DNA of 64,000 nt. It comes from Heptranchias perlo. Lineage: Eukaryota. Below, piece after piece: positions 13,590-27,655 of the stretch. The stretch spans positions 11,160,001 to 11,224,000 of the forward strand of contig NC_090354.1 in NCBI RefSeq assembly GCF_035084215.1. Direction: 5' to 3'. A program made the position numbers and the translations under genes. The notes beneath the pieces are model-generated. The model made no database searches, was not told where the DNA came from, and saw only the letters and a program-made list of their open reading frames with translations. Positions within the stretch are counted from its first letter, which is position 1. The number at the start of each line of letters is the position of its first letter.

Positions 13590-13930
13590 CCCACCCACCC
13601 AATAGCTTAATGGGTGAATGGATCATGCATCATATGGTAATAATTACATGGACCAGGAAGCTCCAAGGTTTGTGCTGAATTATCTGATGTTGACAAGAGC
13701 ACTATTTTTGGCCTCAGCCCCCCTGGCTAAGGAACATGAAAAAAACAGCCAGTGATCCCATCTCCAATCACTATGTAATGACGATTGGTTGCAGACACGA
13801 TCGGGCTCAACTGTGATTACCCTCCATATGACGATAGCCATACAGAAGATGGTGCCAGCTGCCCTGCATTAATAGCAACAAATGGCAGTGGGACCTGTTA
13901 CCTTTAGGAGAGAAAGGGAGGAATCTGCAG
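13590..13930 (+). mobile_element. LF-SINE-like element
   Basis: gaccaggaagctccaagg...tgtgctgaattatctgat...ggcctcagccccctggctaagg...tcgggctcaactgtgat; related copies at 39.1, 41.5 and 53.3 kb. Confidence 0.55.
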
Positions 13931-16900
13931 GAGGGAAAAAGTATTAATTCATCACGAATGAAGTGTGATTTAATTCATACAACTGTTACTAATGGAATTT
14001 ACACCAGTCTTTTCCCCCATGATATGTTTCCTGCTCACTAAAACCAAAATGTAATCACTGAGAATTAAAAATAACAAGTTTTGTTGCATGATACGGTGTC
14101 CATTCTATATCACAGTCTTTATGTGTGTGATCTATTTTGTACTTCATTCCACATTAACTGAGTCCAATTAAATTGCAGACTGTAGAGCATTCACAGATAG
14201 CAAGGATACATTGAGGCAAAGATCGTGTTGAGATGTGCAATGGCCTGTGTGCATAAACAATGAAGACAATTCCTCTCTATCATTTACAGAAATCAAAGCC
14301 CATGTTTTCATTATAATCACTAAAAGCCACCATTAAAAAACTTTCATTCACAGACCTGTTCCCACAGATTACTCCTATAGTATTTTCATAGTGCTACATA
14401 AGCTAATAACTAGCCTCTTTTTCTATTTATATTGGCTCTCCAAATGTTAAAACTATTTTTAAAAATGAGATGCTGCTTTAACAATTGTACCTAGCTCCTG
14501 AATTGGCCGTAAGGATTCGCCCTCTCTGGATGAGGGGAGGTGTCTGATTCAGACAGGAAGCTCATGGGCGAGAAAAGGGAAATCATGCAATGAACCCCTT
14601 CAATCTTTCACGGCCCTTCTCATGGTGATCATTTGAATACTTATTGTTGTTCGTTAAACTACTTTCCTTACTGCAAAGAAAGGTCATTATGCCACTGTGC
14701 CTAAATATTAAACCAGGATCTGGCTCTTTCCCATGGTACTCCAGTTATTTTTATCACCAGCTGAATCTAGTTGCTGCCATAACAATATTAGTGACACCTT
14801 TAAAACTGTTCACCCCAAAAGACTTTCAACAAGCACACCTCTTCTGTATAAGATGTTTCTGGAAATTTTTGAGAATGGTCTGAAGTATTAAATAAATGGA
14901 CGGAACCAAAAAGCCTCTCCTATTCTTGGAATAAACAAAACAGTTGTAAGCTGGTGCTGTCACAGTCCTCAAAGGGTTCATATTCACTATAATCAGTGGT
15001 CCATGAGTCCTGAACACCTAGCTCTGATGCTGCCGCAACCCTTAACAAATCAGTCCCTAGTGGATAATTAAATCACATCTGTGACTCCTGAGGTATATAA
15101 TCTTTCTCAGCCATTAAATAAAAAGTAAATTATACAGCAACATACCATGGATTGCATGTGTCTCATTCCAGAATTAACCAGTTCTCAATCAAATCCCTTT
15201 TTAAAAAAAAGTTGCATTGTAATACATTTGTTAATCTCAGATATGTTGTATCCTTATGAATGGAAACTACTTAACAGTACACTAAACCTGCATTTAATTT
15301 TTTTAGTGAAAATGGTAAATAGGTTTCTATGAAGTACATGGTGAAGTGCTTATCCTCTGTACTCTGGAAGCTTTAGAATTTGTCTGCTAAATGTTTTACT
15401 GCTTGTGTTTTCTTGCAAGTGTTTGAAATACATATCAACTATAACATGTAAAATATTTTTAAAATAATATACGATGAAATACATTGCACATTCAGGCAGT
15501 TTAATAAGCAATTTCTATTTGCAGCACCAGCACACTGTGCTTTGGAATGTTTGCAAGCAGCTTCGTGCCTGAGCTTAAATGTGGGATTTTGGGGAATGCG
15601 TTGAGCATCTAACAGCCTTTGGCTGTTGGGTGAAGCAGACAGACAGAGAAAGGGGGAATGCGGAAGAGGAATACCTTAAGGACATGGAATCTCACCATCA
15701 ATAACTAAAAAAATAAAATAGTGGAACTTTTAGATGTTTTTGGTGGAAGTTGCAATTGCGTAAATCTCTATATAAAATGTATTTTTTTTCCATGTACATT
15801 TCCTCAACAAAGAAAAAATCTTTAACACACCACCTACCTCCTGCAGAGACCCTGCCTTGGGATCACATATTTTCTCCATATCAGAAAGTACAATTCAGAC
15901 TTTTCACTTTATCCAAAGGAGACAACAGATGTTTTTTTGTAAATATTTAGCACGTGTTTTTTTTCAATTTTCTCCCTCTTCTTTTGATGCGAAGTATCAG
16001 ATGCTACAACTGTTCGAAAATCCATGGGTACCAGCAGGCTGCTAGTACCGCTCCCAAATAACCATTCTTCATACTCGAGCTTTGACAGTGAGTGTTCCAA
16101 CCATGAGAGGCATAAAAAGCTGAAACTAATTCTGTCAAAACATGTGCACTGTTAAACAGGAGTCACCGGACATTAATCAAGAACTGGAACTATGACTGAT
16201 CTTCCACTCCCTGGCTTGGGGATTTTCAGGCTAATTTTAAAACCCTTCTCATCTGCTACTTCAACTCACCATAAGATCAGGGATTCAACCTCGAACTTTT
16301 GTACCCAGTGTGGTTCAGTACTACACCAGCGATTTACCCATTGAGCTATCATGGCAAAGCAATGACGTCCAACCAAAAGTTAGGTAACTCTTTAGAATTT
16401 GGAACAGTCGGAACAAATAAATTTGTTCTTCTCACTCCAGTAGACACTTTTCAATGTAATCTGACATTGGCTGCCTCTTGCAAGTCTGTCCCTGCACGTA
16501 ATTGTTATCTCCATCACCAACCTCCACAGAACACCGAGATCAGACTTAAAGAGGCAGCCTTACTATCGGGATTGCTTTTACGAAACAAGGAACTGAAATT
16601 AATATCTGCTTTATATCTTTTTCGAGGTATTTCTAGATTATTTTTGCTAGAACAGTGAGGCTGTTCAATGGCAGAATTGGTGTGAAGTTGCTGAGCTGGC
16701 TTTTGAAGGAGCTGAGGACTAGTCATTAACCTACAGTAATCCTGGGATAAGGTCACGATCTGTCCATGTCAATTTCAGTCTTTCACATGATCACATGACC
16801 AGGTTCAGAAACTTTCACCTTAAAAAGATGGCCACACTCTAATGAATTTGTAGGACAGCAGTTTATAATTGATCATATGCTCCCTCACATTTACTGCTCT

Positions 16901-19900
16901 CTCCAGATCACAACTGTTTACTACATGTTCTATAAATTAATCCCCCTCCATCCAATATATATTGAATCAGATAAACAGAACAAACATAAAGCTGTTCAGC
17001 ATATAAACAGACAGCAGAAAAACACAGCAAAAGGAATGTGATCTGAATGATGATTAAGGAAGCCATGAAGAATGTAGATTGAGTTGAGTCATAATTATTT
17101 GTAATGAGGGGCTTGTAAAAACTTCAGTTAAATAAAAGTTAAGAAGTTTACTGTGCTCTGGTCATATTAAAATATTAAAAAGTTGATTGCAGAAATTTAT
17201 GTAGAGTTTAGATAAACATTCTTTGTTCAACATCTTCAGTGTCCAGGGTTTTAAATAATCATTGATTTAGTAATTGTGCAACATCAATGTATCTTTCTGT
17301 GCTCGTCAATTTTTAAATTTAATTCCATGCAGTTTCCACGGTCTTGTGGGTCTCTTTCATATAATTGAGGTTCTTTTAGAACTGATTACAGAAATTAGAG
17401 AGAGGGCAGTGCCAAACCTAATTCCAGTAGTCCCATCTTTTCAGGTAATTTCCTACCAGTAAAAAGCTCAATGTCATTTCTTTCCATCATGACTGAGCCT
17501 CTGGGCAGATTCACATTTTTCTCCATTCACAGTTGGATCTTTAATGAGAGCAATACAATTGGCTGGATGCTGTGTGGCTGATATTAGTTGTGGGAATCAG
17601 GTTGGATGGAGATGCTGCTTTACAGGATGGGCAGGCTACTGTTTTGCCACGGTGAATGCATTCTGCTACAGAGTCTCCCCCCTCATTAAATAATATCTTC
17701 CCCTTTGACTTAGTTTGCAGCAATGGCAGTGAGCAGGTCTTTGATGCTGGATCAGCCCAGTGATTTCTGAACGTTTTTTTTTAAAAGAAAAGAAAAACAA
17801 AGCTGTGTCTGAAAGTCTGATTAAATAGCAACACTGTGGCTGGAATTGAGGATAACAGACTAACTGAAGATCTCAGACTGCTAAACCGTAGCTCCTTGCT
17901 ACATTACAGTCTGACCATACTCATTTACATGAAGAACACCTTTGATAGAATATGAAAATCCAAATTTATTTAAATAGGCTCCACTCATATTTCCCCCGCC
18001 CCCCCCCCAATCTTACCGTAGGTGCTTCGATTTAGACCATTTCTAGCTGTGTGGGGTTTCTGGTAGCTCCAGTGTTAAATGCTACAGGAAACACCTGAAG
18101 CTGCATGGAAACTTCTTTCATCGTTGTCGGTTTTTGTTTTCTTTTGGTAATTTTACTTAAGTTAAATTATCCCAGTTTCTCCTCACACCTTTGCTAACGA
18201 CCACTAGGAGCTATAAGTTACCATTCCGATTGAACTAACTGGCACAATTTTCCTCCCCTCCCCCCCCACCCACCCCACCCAACTTACCATAGCTTCCACC
18301 CAGTGACCCCTAGCTAGGCTTGGTTCCAATTCGGAACTCAATAGAATGGAAGGATCAAGTCTATGTCTTCCTCTTCAATACCGCTCAGTCTAATGCTGTG
18401 CTGTTCAGGGCTAATGTGCTGCCATTATTCCACTGTTAAGAAAAGTGCAAAATAAATTTCAAGTTTGAACCTCAACACCAAATCTTTATTCCCCCCAAAT
18501 GATGGAGCCTAGTTTCCATAATGAATCATTCCCCCATATTGATTAAAGTATTTAAAAATAATGGAAGGAGGTAATGCATTAATGCTGTGATGGGCCATGA
18601 ACGGATTAGTCGGTGGCTCATGCCAGCAACTCCCCAACAAAGCTTCTAATTCTAGCCTTGCACCAAGAGTTTGGTGCAAAGTGGAGGTCACGCTCTCCAC
18701 CACAAGGAAATCAGAGTGAGTCGCATCCCAAAGGCCATGTTAATTGCCAATGTCTGATACTGTTGCCAGCACACCCTCTCAGCCAGAATACAGAAAGGAC
18801 AAAAACAAATAAATGGAATCAGATAATCATAAAGAAAGATTTGCTTTTATACAGCGTTTTCATGACCTCATGATGTCCCAAAGCACTTTACAGTCAATGA
18901 AGTACTTCTGAAGTGTAGTCACTGTTGTAATGTAGGTAATAGAGGAAGAAAACAAGGTGGTACAATCTTAATAAGCGAGAAATCCATAAAATAAAATCAA
19001 CTTAGACAGCGGGGCAGGAGACAGATACAATGGTTTACACAGGTCCTGTTCATGTGCTCAATCAACAATGAGCTGGGTGAGCAGTGGCCTTTTGCAGGAC
19101 TGACTGTCTGATGTTCTAAACACAGTACTTTGTGATGATACTTCATCTGTTAACTTTTAATAAGAGGGGTTACCATGTGCCATCGTAACATTCTATACAG
19201 TATACTAATTGCTACACCCAGCCCCCTTCTAACGATGGTGTTTTTCTGTTGAGATCACTGCTTGCCATGCACTAGCATCGCTTAAGGAACTCACTGCCAG
19301 TTCTTACTCATATTTACTTTTATTTGACAGAGTGAACGGTGAGGCAAATTATTGAACAAATGGCAGCTAATGGAAAGGCTATAACCTAATGCTTCATTAC
19401 TAAGCCTTTCTACTAAAAGGCGCAATTAATATTTCATTGTTCAGTCTGCATGTAATCTCCCTCAGATGTTGATGCAGCTGGAATTTTAAAAGTTAAGCGT
19501 ATTATTTAATTCTTTCAATTTTTCAAAAATGAGAGTATTTCCTAAGTTTGAGTTTTGAAATCCCAGCCATAGTAATATTCAGTGGACGTTACACACAGTT
19601 ACAAGTGGGGGAGTCACCAGGCACACTTTACTAGAGATAGTCTCTGTTATATTTATGTGTGTGTGACTCAGGAGGAAAGTACTTTGACATAGCTTTCATG
19701 CACGGATTCACCTGAAGTGATGAGGTCTATTTTCCATAATTAATTCCCAATCTCATGTTGATTAAAGTAGTTAAAAAATAATGAAGGGAGCCACTGTGCT
19801 GACACAATACGTTGACACTCGAACACAAAGAACATGAACTGGTGGGACGCAGGAGAGTGAGTCAATAATTTCAGCCAAGCTGTCAGGGGCTAGGTACGAA

Positions 19901-20498
19901 GCAGAGGGAGAGAACAAAATCAGAGGAGAGTCACCTCCAAGTGACTGAACATGAACTGCTTCTTCAGAGTCAATTCAATAAGCCCCTGATGTGTAGACCT
20001 TATTGGGATTGGTTCAGTGTAGCCCTTAAATTCAAGAAAAAAAAACTTAATTAGATTTGATTTTATTGGGATGCTTTCAATTTTTAAAATTTAACTGACA
20101 CAAACCAACATAAGGAATCAATGTTATCCTTTTTCGAAAAGTATTCTATGTTGTTGGTCTGGTTGCTACCGTCCATTGGTGTCCCAACATATTGTGGCAC
20201 TGGTTTGCTCTGTGTTCCTGATTTCAGCTGGATCGTTCAATAGATGCAATAGTTGGCAACTTAACAAGATTGAAACTTGTGCAGCTTAGTGTCAGAACCT
20301 ACCTTGACTCAGGAGACTCTTTGTGACTGCAATATTGAACCTTGAACAAGCTCTGCCTCGTGTCCAGTCAGAGACTGGGTTTGGAATTGGTCTGGCAGAA
20401 AATTGGAGATGACGGATGGTGCAGGGAGGGGGAACCTTAGAACAAAATTCTACCTGGAAAATAAAATGTTTTAAAGTAAACTTAAAATCAACCCCAAA

Positions 20499-21298
20499 CA
20501 GGGGTTTAAATTTGTCGAGATTGGTGTTAATGAGGCGGTAATGGCCTCAAAATGGAGTTGATAGATTTACGACGCTCTGCCCGCTGCCATTTTTACAGGG
20601 GCCTACCGCTGGGCGGCTGAAGCGCCCGCTTGTTTCAGGAATTAGTCCCCTTTTAGAATCATAGAAAGTTACAGCACAGGAGGCCGTCATTCAGCCCATC
20701 GTGTCTGTGGCGGACATACTCATATTTACTTTCATTTAACAGAAGTTAATATGCAAATCATGGTCTTACAACATACACAGGACCCTGAATGCCATTCTCG
20801 GACAGAACTGGTGGGACCTTGCGCCTTGAACCCTCTGATCAGTTTTACTGGCGTTTAGGCCAAAGAAGCCTCAAAGAGGTAAGTTTAAAATTATTTCTGT
20901 GGGGCCAGGCAGAACAGGAGTGCTCCCTCAGGCCCCACAAAAATAATCTGGGCCACTGCCATCCCAGACTCACCTCCAGGATTTACTTTGCTGCTGGCTG
21001 GGCAGCCAACAGGCTATTCGATATTGCATAGAAACATAGAAAATAGGAGTAGGCCATTCGGCCCTTCGAGCCTGCTCTGCCATTCAATATGATCATGGCT
21101 GATCCTCTATCTCAATACCATATTCCTGCTCTCTCCCAATACCCCTTGCATTGGCCTTAATCTGGTGAGCTGCAGCGGGAGGCCTGTTTCGGGTGGAAAG
21201 CTCGTTGTTTAAATGAGGCCCCGCTTCAAAATGGCTCCGGCCTCTTCACTGCCGGAACAGGTGGCCGGACAGCGCCCAAAAGTTAAAATGGAGCCCAT
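20499..21298. mobile_element. GC-rich interspersed (MITE-like) element carrying two nested CR1 3' tails
   Basis: CpG-rich repeat resembling 37970-38560, interrupted by reverse CR1 tails at about 20654-20712 and 21030-21150. Confidence 0.5.
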
Positions 21299-24200
21299 CC
21301 TGTCTGCGGTACACTGCAATGGAAACTGAGCCAATTAATAGAGTGTTTTTCTTTTAATCATCTGTAACAAGTGTGTCGAAAATTCCTATTCTACAATTCA
21401 GGCCACAGTTTGAATTCTTTCAACTGGCAGCAATGACATTTGATTTTATTGCTCAGCCGTTCATGTTTAAATATATTTTACAATTTCTCTCTGGGCGTTG
21501 TAATGCTGCAGCTCCAAAGCACTACCACAATGATTAACCCAGTGATTACACAATTCTCTCCCAGTCTCCTGCACAGCTTAACTTCATTCAAAAGACAAAC
21601 AAAATGTTAAATCCCAGTGCAAACTCACAGTTTACAAGAGGCTGAGGCTGATTCTCGCTTATTGATGTGCTTGTAATGTATTGTGGCCTTCCACAGTGTA
21701 GTGAGCATTGTTTCCAATCCTGCTGGCCCATTAAAACTGATACAACAGCAACAACTTCCAGAGAGAAGGGAGCTGGTGCACAGCCCCACTGGGGGTCCAG
21801 CATTGCTGTATACCATCCATCATAACCAAAAGAAAACATACAGACTTTGGAAATGCAGTAGCTTTGATTTTTTTTCAAAAAATATTTTTTTTAAATATAC
21901 AAATGGTCTCCTTTCCGTTAGTGGATAGATGTTTGGGAAGCTGATATTTTGGTCATGCAAAGTACTCAATAAAAATTGGGGGTTTTTTTGGATCCAGGGT
22001 GGCCAACTTTCAGGCCTCAAGAAAAATTGTACACTGACAAATAGTAGGAGTTTTAATTCTAATAGGACTAGCATCTTCACTGATAGTCTCACTCAGAAAC
22101 AAGTAAACCACGTATAATGTACCACGTATGTGCAACTGGGTCAGAGTTTTTGCCATCTGGTGAACGGAAAGAAATAGCAGTTTATAATCTGGAGAGGAAG
22201 CGCTAGCTCAACAGGGAATGGGTAGTGGTAAAAAAATCTTGCTCAATAATAAAAGTCTTGTTCGGAGCTGATTTGGGAGAGGGAGGAAGATGGGAGGGTA
22301 GCATGAAAGAAAACAAGCAGCTGATAATAGGTGGGAATGAGCATTCTTTCCATTGCGAAGAGTACTTACCTTCTGAATGAGCTGGTAACTAATGAAAACA
22401 AAACTATCGTTGTTATAATACTGGAAAACTTGAGTTTCATCATCCTGCAGCATGCCACTTCAATTGTCTCAAAACCAAGGCTGCTTTGCTTGACATTACT
22501 GTGCTAGTTTTGGGAGAGTGGAACTCTTGTGTTCTCCTTTTTTGGGTCCTTGCTGTGTGCAAATTGGCTGCCGCGTTTCCTATATTACAACAGTGACTAC
22601 ACCTCAAAAGTACTTCATTGGCTGTAAAGCACTTTGGGACATCCTGAGGTTGTAAAAAGGTGCTCTATAAATGCAAGATCTTTCTTCTTTTTCTTTCTCC
22701 TGGCTCTCCTTACCTGTTTACATTTGTACTCCACCTGATTCTCGGTCAGATGTTGGACAGAAGCGGAGTCACTGAATCTGGCAATAGGTCACAAGACCCA
22801 CGTAAAAGTCAGTCTCTGCTACTGCCGGAATAAGGAAAGTTGGGCAGTTTACAGATCCAAGTACAGCTAGGAGTAGCAGACAGTATGTTTGCCTTTGGCT
22901 GCAGTTCTATATGCAAAGTAAAAGTTCTTAAATGCACAAACTGGGTTAGTGTTGTCCACCACAGCTCAAAGTAGAACTGATTAGACTACAATTAGGATAC
23001 TCAGTCCTGTATAGAATGCATACAAAGTAGAGTTTCAACTTTTACTTCATTGCTATAGAATTTTTAAAAATTCAATTCCTACCCTTCTTTAGGTTCTCCC
23101 TTTGACCTCATCCCTGAAGGGCACAGATGACCTGCCCCTTGGCCTCTGCCAGTGCTATTCAATAACCAGTTATAGGTACTGCAAGAGAGACAATGGCAAA
23201 AGAGGAGCAACTCTCCCTCTGATTTTCCCTTCATACTTCCAGAGGTGAATCACTAACTTCCTGTTCAGTCCCTCCCCTCAACAGCATGATCAGCATCTTG
23301 GCATGTGGAAAGGCTTAAAACACTAACCAGGTGCACAAAAATGTAATCTATTGCTGAATATAAAATGATCTCAAAGCTTGTGTACATTATGCAACAGAAT
23401 ATATTTTTAAGTAAACAAAAGCAGTTGAATTTTGCAGGCTCTCTCAATGAAAAAAAAATTCTCAACGTCACAGGATTCAAAAACTTACTTCTGACATCCA
23501 GTGTCCGCATCAAGCACCCAGATGCAGAGTAAATCTCTCTCTACTGTTCCCCAACTCTGCATTTGTGACCCAAATGATGGAAATCAGCTCCCAATGTATC
23601 AGTGTGTATTTTCCTAGTTCCCACACCAGTTGATGTTAATTGAATGCCTCTGGGGTAGTTTCGTGCAGCACCCATTAGAAACTGGATGTTTTTGAACAGT
23701 CTCGGTCAATTATATTTTAAAAAATCACAGTAAGGGCTTGAGACTTTGTACGTTTGTATAAGTAGTTAGCAATACATGTCTCACATACGATGGTCAGGAT
23801 TTAAAATATGCTGCATGAAATAAAAAAAAATTCTTCAGTTTTTAAAAAGGCCTTCCATTTCCTGAGAACTTGTCTCATCTTGTAGAAAATATTTTAATAA
23901 ATTAAAACTTCCTGAAAAACCACTTGCTGATTTCCTGTCTCGAACTAGTCATGTATCTCGTGCTCCCTTTCTTATTATATAATAAGACGATCTTATTACT
24001 GGAAACAAACATTTCTCAGTGGAGGAAGCAGCTGAAATTTTGTGCTGCAAAGCAAATTTTTACTGCCCTCCATTTCTTTTCTAAAAGTTTTCGGGGTCAC
24101 TGGGTGAAGAGGAAAAAGAGAAAAGCAACCCAACTTTTCTCAGTGAAGTTGTGCCAAGTGAAAATGCTGCCTGTGAATCAGTGTGCCAAATGGGAAACAT

Positions 24201-25409
24201 AATCATTTTAATAGAAAAAACGAGACAGCATTTTAAATGACATAAGAAACAGGATTGAGACAATTGTTGTTCCAGCATCTGCAAGCTCCATTGATGTAGC
24301 TTGACTGAAAATGAAGTCAGTGCTGCAGTAACAGATTTTGAGTCACTTGTGGGAAGGACAGCCATGGAAACACAGACAATATAATGGGCTGAACAGTCTT
24401 TGCCCATTGCTTTTTACTTGAAGAAAAGGAACAATTTGAGACGTAACTCCACAAATGTTGAGATTAATTGAGTCGAAGGGCAGCTGACAAATCCTCTCAC
24501 TGCTGCTCATTTCTCACAACAAATCCCAAGGTTGAATTTAAAATGTTGACCCCCTCTAACCCACTATAGGGAGGCAACTTATCCTCAGGCCTCTGCAATG
24601 GTAGCAATCACAAGCAATAAGGAATCACGTCAAATGAGAGATGATTTGATTCATATTGGAAATGACATAATACTGTACACCAGCTATTACTTAAGCATGC
24701 ATCTTCGGTGTGCCACTGTGTCCAAACAAACATGAAGGTAGTGCTTTTACCTTGGATTAGTTAACAAGTGAAGTATAAAGAACAGCACCCCTATCTTGTA
24801 CATCACAGGAATATTGGAATGTTATGTGAGGTTTTGGGCATGTCATCCTGAAAAAGATATTGAAGTGTTGCACAGGTTCAAAGAAGAGCAACAAAAATTA
24901 TTGTAGAATTTAGAGCTTACTGATGGTTCAGTTGAGATCAGCTAACCGAGGACAGACCAAGGATTGACTCTGAAACCTTCTGTTCTATATGGCTACTGAC
25001 TTCCTTAACTGGTTGAGCTATCGGGAGATGTGGAGCATCATGCTCGGCTATGAACTAACATTCAAAATAAACATTTCAAATGCACGTACTGGGTTTTTAT
25101 AACTGAGATAAAATATCACTGATCCACTTTCATTAGTATTCTAATTTTCAGAAAAGTCACACAATTCTTGTCAGTCGATACTATTAAAACTGCAATCTTT
25201 CTTGTCCCTCCTAAGTATTAATGCTATGTTAACTCATACAGGGTTAAGTGTAATTCCCTGCACGGTGGTGTTAAAACAGCACCAGAAACACAATCTGTGG
25301 GCTGCTAAACAAGATGTTATTCCTTAGGTACAAAGCTGTATTAAAACACAGCAATTTGTAGAGTATCTGCATAAAATATATAATCTGCAAAATAAATATC
25401 TTCATCATC

Positions 25410-27655
25410 ACAGTTTAGGGAACAGCGATCATAGTATCATAAGGTTTAGATTAGCAATGGAAAAGCGCAAGGAGTACTTGAGTAAAAATATTCAATTGGA
25501 GGAGGGCCAATTTCAGTGGGATGAGAACGGATCTGGCCCAGGTAAATTGGAATCAAAGATTGGCAGGCAAAACAGTAATTGAACAATGGGCAGCCTTTAA
25601 AAAGGAGATGGTTCAGGTTCAGTCTAGATACATTCCCATGAGGGGGAAAGTTAGGGCAACTAAAGCCAGAGCTCCCTGGATGATGAAAGAGATAGAGTGT
25701 AAGATGAAACAGAAAAAAAGGGGCGGATGACAGATGTCATGTTGATAATACAAGTGAGAACCAGGCTGAAAGTTCAGAGGGGAAGTGAAAAAGGAAAAAG
25801 AGGGGCAAAGAGAGAGTATGAGAATAGACTGGTGGCTAACATAAAAGGGAATCCAAAAGTCTTCCAGAGGCATATAAACAGTAAACAGTTGGTAGGAGGA
25901 GGGGTGGGACCAATTAGGGTCCAAACAGGAGATCTATGCATGGAGGCAGAGTGCATGGCTGAGGTACTAAATGAATACATTGCATCTGTCTTTACCAAGG
26001 AAAAAGATGCTGCCAAAGTCACAGTAACAGAAGAGGTAGTTGAGATACTGGATTGAATAAAAATTTTAAAAGGAGGTACTAAAAAGGCTAGCTGTAATTA
26101 AAGTAGATAAGTCACCTGGTCCAGATGAGATGCATCCCAGGTTGCTGAGGGAAGTAGGGATGGAAATTGCAGAGGTACTGGCCGTAATCTTCCAATCACC
26201 CTTGGATACGGGCGTGATGCCAGAGGATTGGTGAATTGCAAATGTTTTACTGTTGTTCAAAAAAGAGTGCAAGGATAAACCCAGCAACTACAGGCCAGTT
26301 TAACCTCAGTGATGGGGAATCTTTTAGAAATGATAATCCGGGACAAAATTAACAGTCTCTTGGACAAGTGGGGATTAATTAAGGAAAGCCAGCACGGATT
26401 TGTTAAGGCAAATAGTGTTTAACTAACTTGATTGAGTTTTTTGATGAGGTCACAGAGAGGGTCGATAAGGGCAATACAGTTGATGTAGTGTATATAGACT
26501 TCCAAAAGGCGTTTGATAAAGTGCCACATAATAGGCTTGTCATCAGTTGAAGCCCATGGAAAAAAAGGGGCAGTGGCAGCATGGATACAAAATTGGCTAA
26601 GTGACAGGAAACAGAGAGTAGTGGTGAACAGTTGTTTTTCATACTGGAGGGAGGTATACAGTGGTGTTCCCCAGGGGTCGGTACTAAGACCACTGCTTTT
26701 TTTTATATATATTAATGACTTAGACTTGGGTGTACAGGGCACAATTTCAAAATCTGCAGATGACACAAAACTTGGAAGTGTAGTGAATAGTGAGGACGAT
26801 TGTGATAGACTTCAAGAGGACATAGACAGGTTAGTGGAGTGGGTGGACATGTGGCAGATGAAATTTAATGCAGAAGAGTGCAAAGTGATACATTTTGGTA
26901 GAAAGAACGAAGAGAGGCAATATGAACTAAAGGGTACAATTCTAAAAGGGGTTCAGGAAGAGAGAGATCTGGGGGTATATGTGCACAAATTGTTGAAGGT
27001 GACAGGGCAGGTTGAGGAGGCGGTTAAAAAAGCATATGGGATCCTGGGCTTTATAAATAGAGGCAGAGAGTACAAAAGCAAGGAAGTCATAATGAACCTT
27101 TAGAAAACACTGGTTCGGCCACAACTGGAGTACACGTCCAGTTCTGGGCACCGCACTTTAGGAAGGCCGTGAAGGCTTTAGAGGGGGTGCAGAAGAGGTT
27201 TACTACAATGGTTCCAGGGATGAAGGACTTCAGTTACATGCATAGACTAGAGAAGCTGGGGTTGTTCTTCTTAGAGCAGAGAAGGTTGAGAGGAGATTTG
27301 ATAGAGGTATTTAAAATCATGAAGAGTCTAGACAGAATAGAGAGAAACTGTCCCTTTGCAGAAGGGTCAAGAACCAGAGGACATACATTTAAGGTGATTG
27401 GCAAAAGAACCAAAGGTGACATAAGGAAAAACTTCTTTATTTTAAACACAGTGAGTGGTTAGGATCTGGAATGCACTGCCTGAGGGGGTGGTGGAGGCAG
27501 ATTCAATTGTGGCTTTCAAAAAGGGAATTGGATAAGCACTTGAAGGGAAAAAATTTGCAGAACTACGGAGATAGCTGGATTGCTCTTGCAGAGAGCCGGG
27601 ACGTACTTAACGCGCCAAATGGCCTCCTTCCGTGCTGTAACCATTCCATGATTTG
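25410..27655 (+). mobile_element. Degenerate CR1 LINE ORF2 plus 3' tail
   Basis: Fragments LGNSDH, KSPGPDEMHPR, VYIDFQKAFDKV, SGVPQGSVL, ADDTKL and RLRGDLIEVFK, with stops and frameshifts. Confidence 0.93.

Noticed and set aside
11700-25000. A DAZL/BOLL-like gene divergent from the PLCL-like gene (paralogon expectation)
   Set aside because: No RRM motifs (IFVGG, KGYGFVTF) detected on the + strand.
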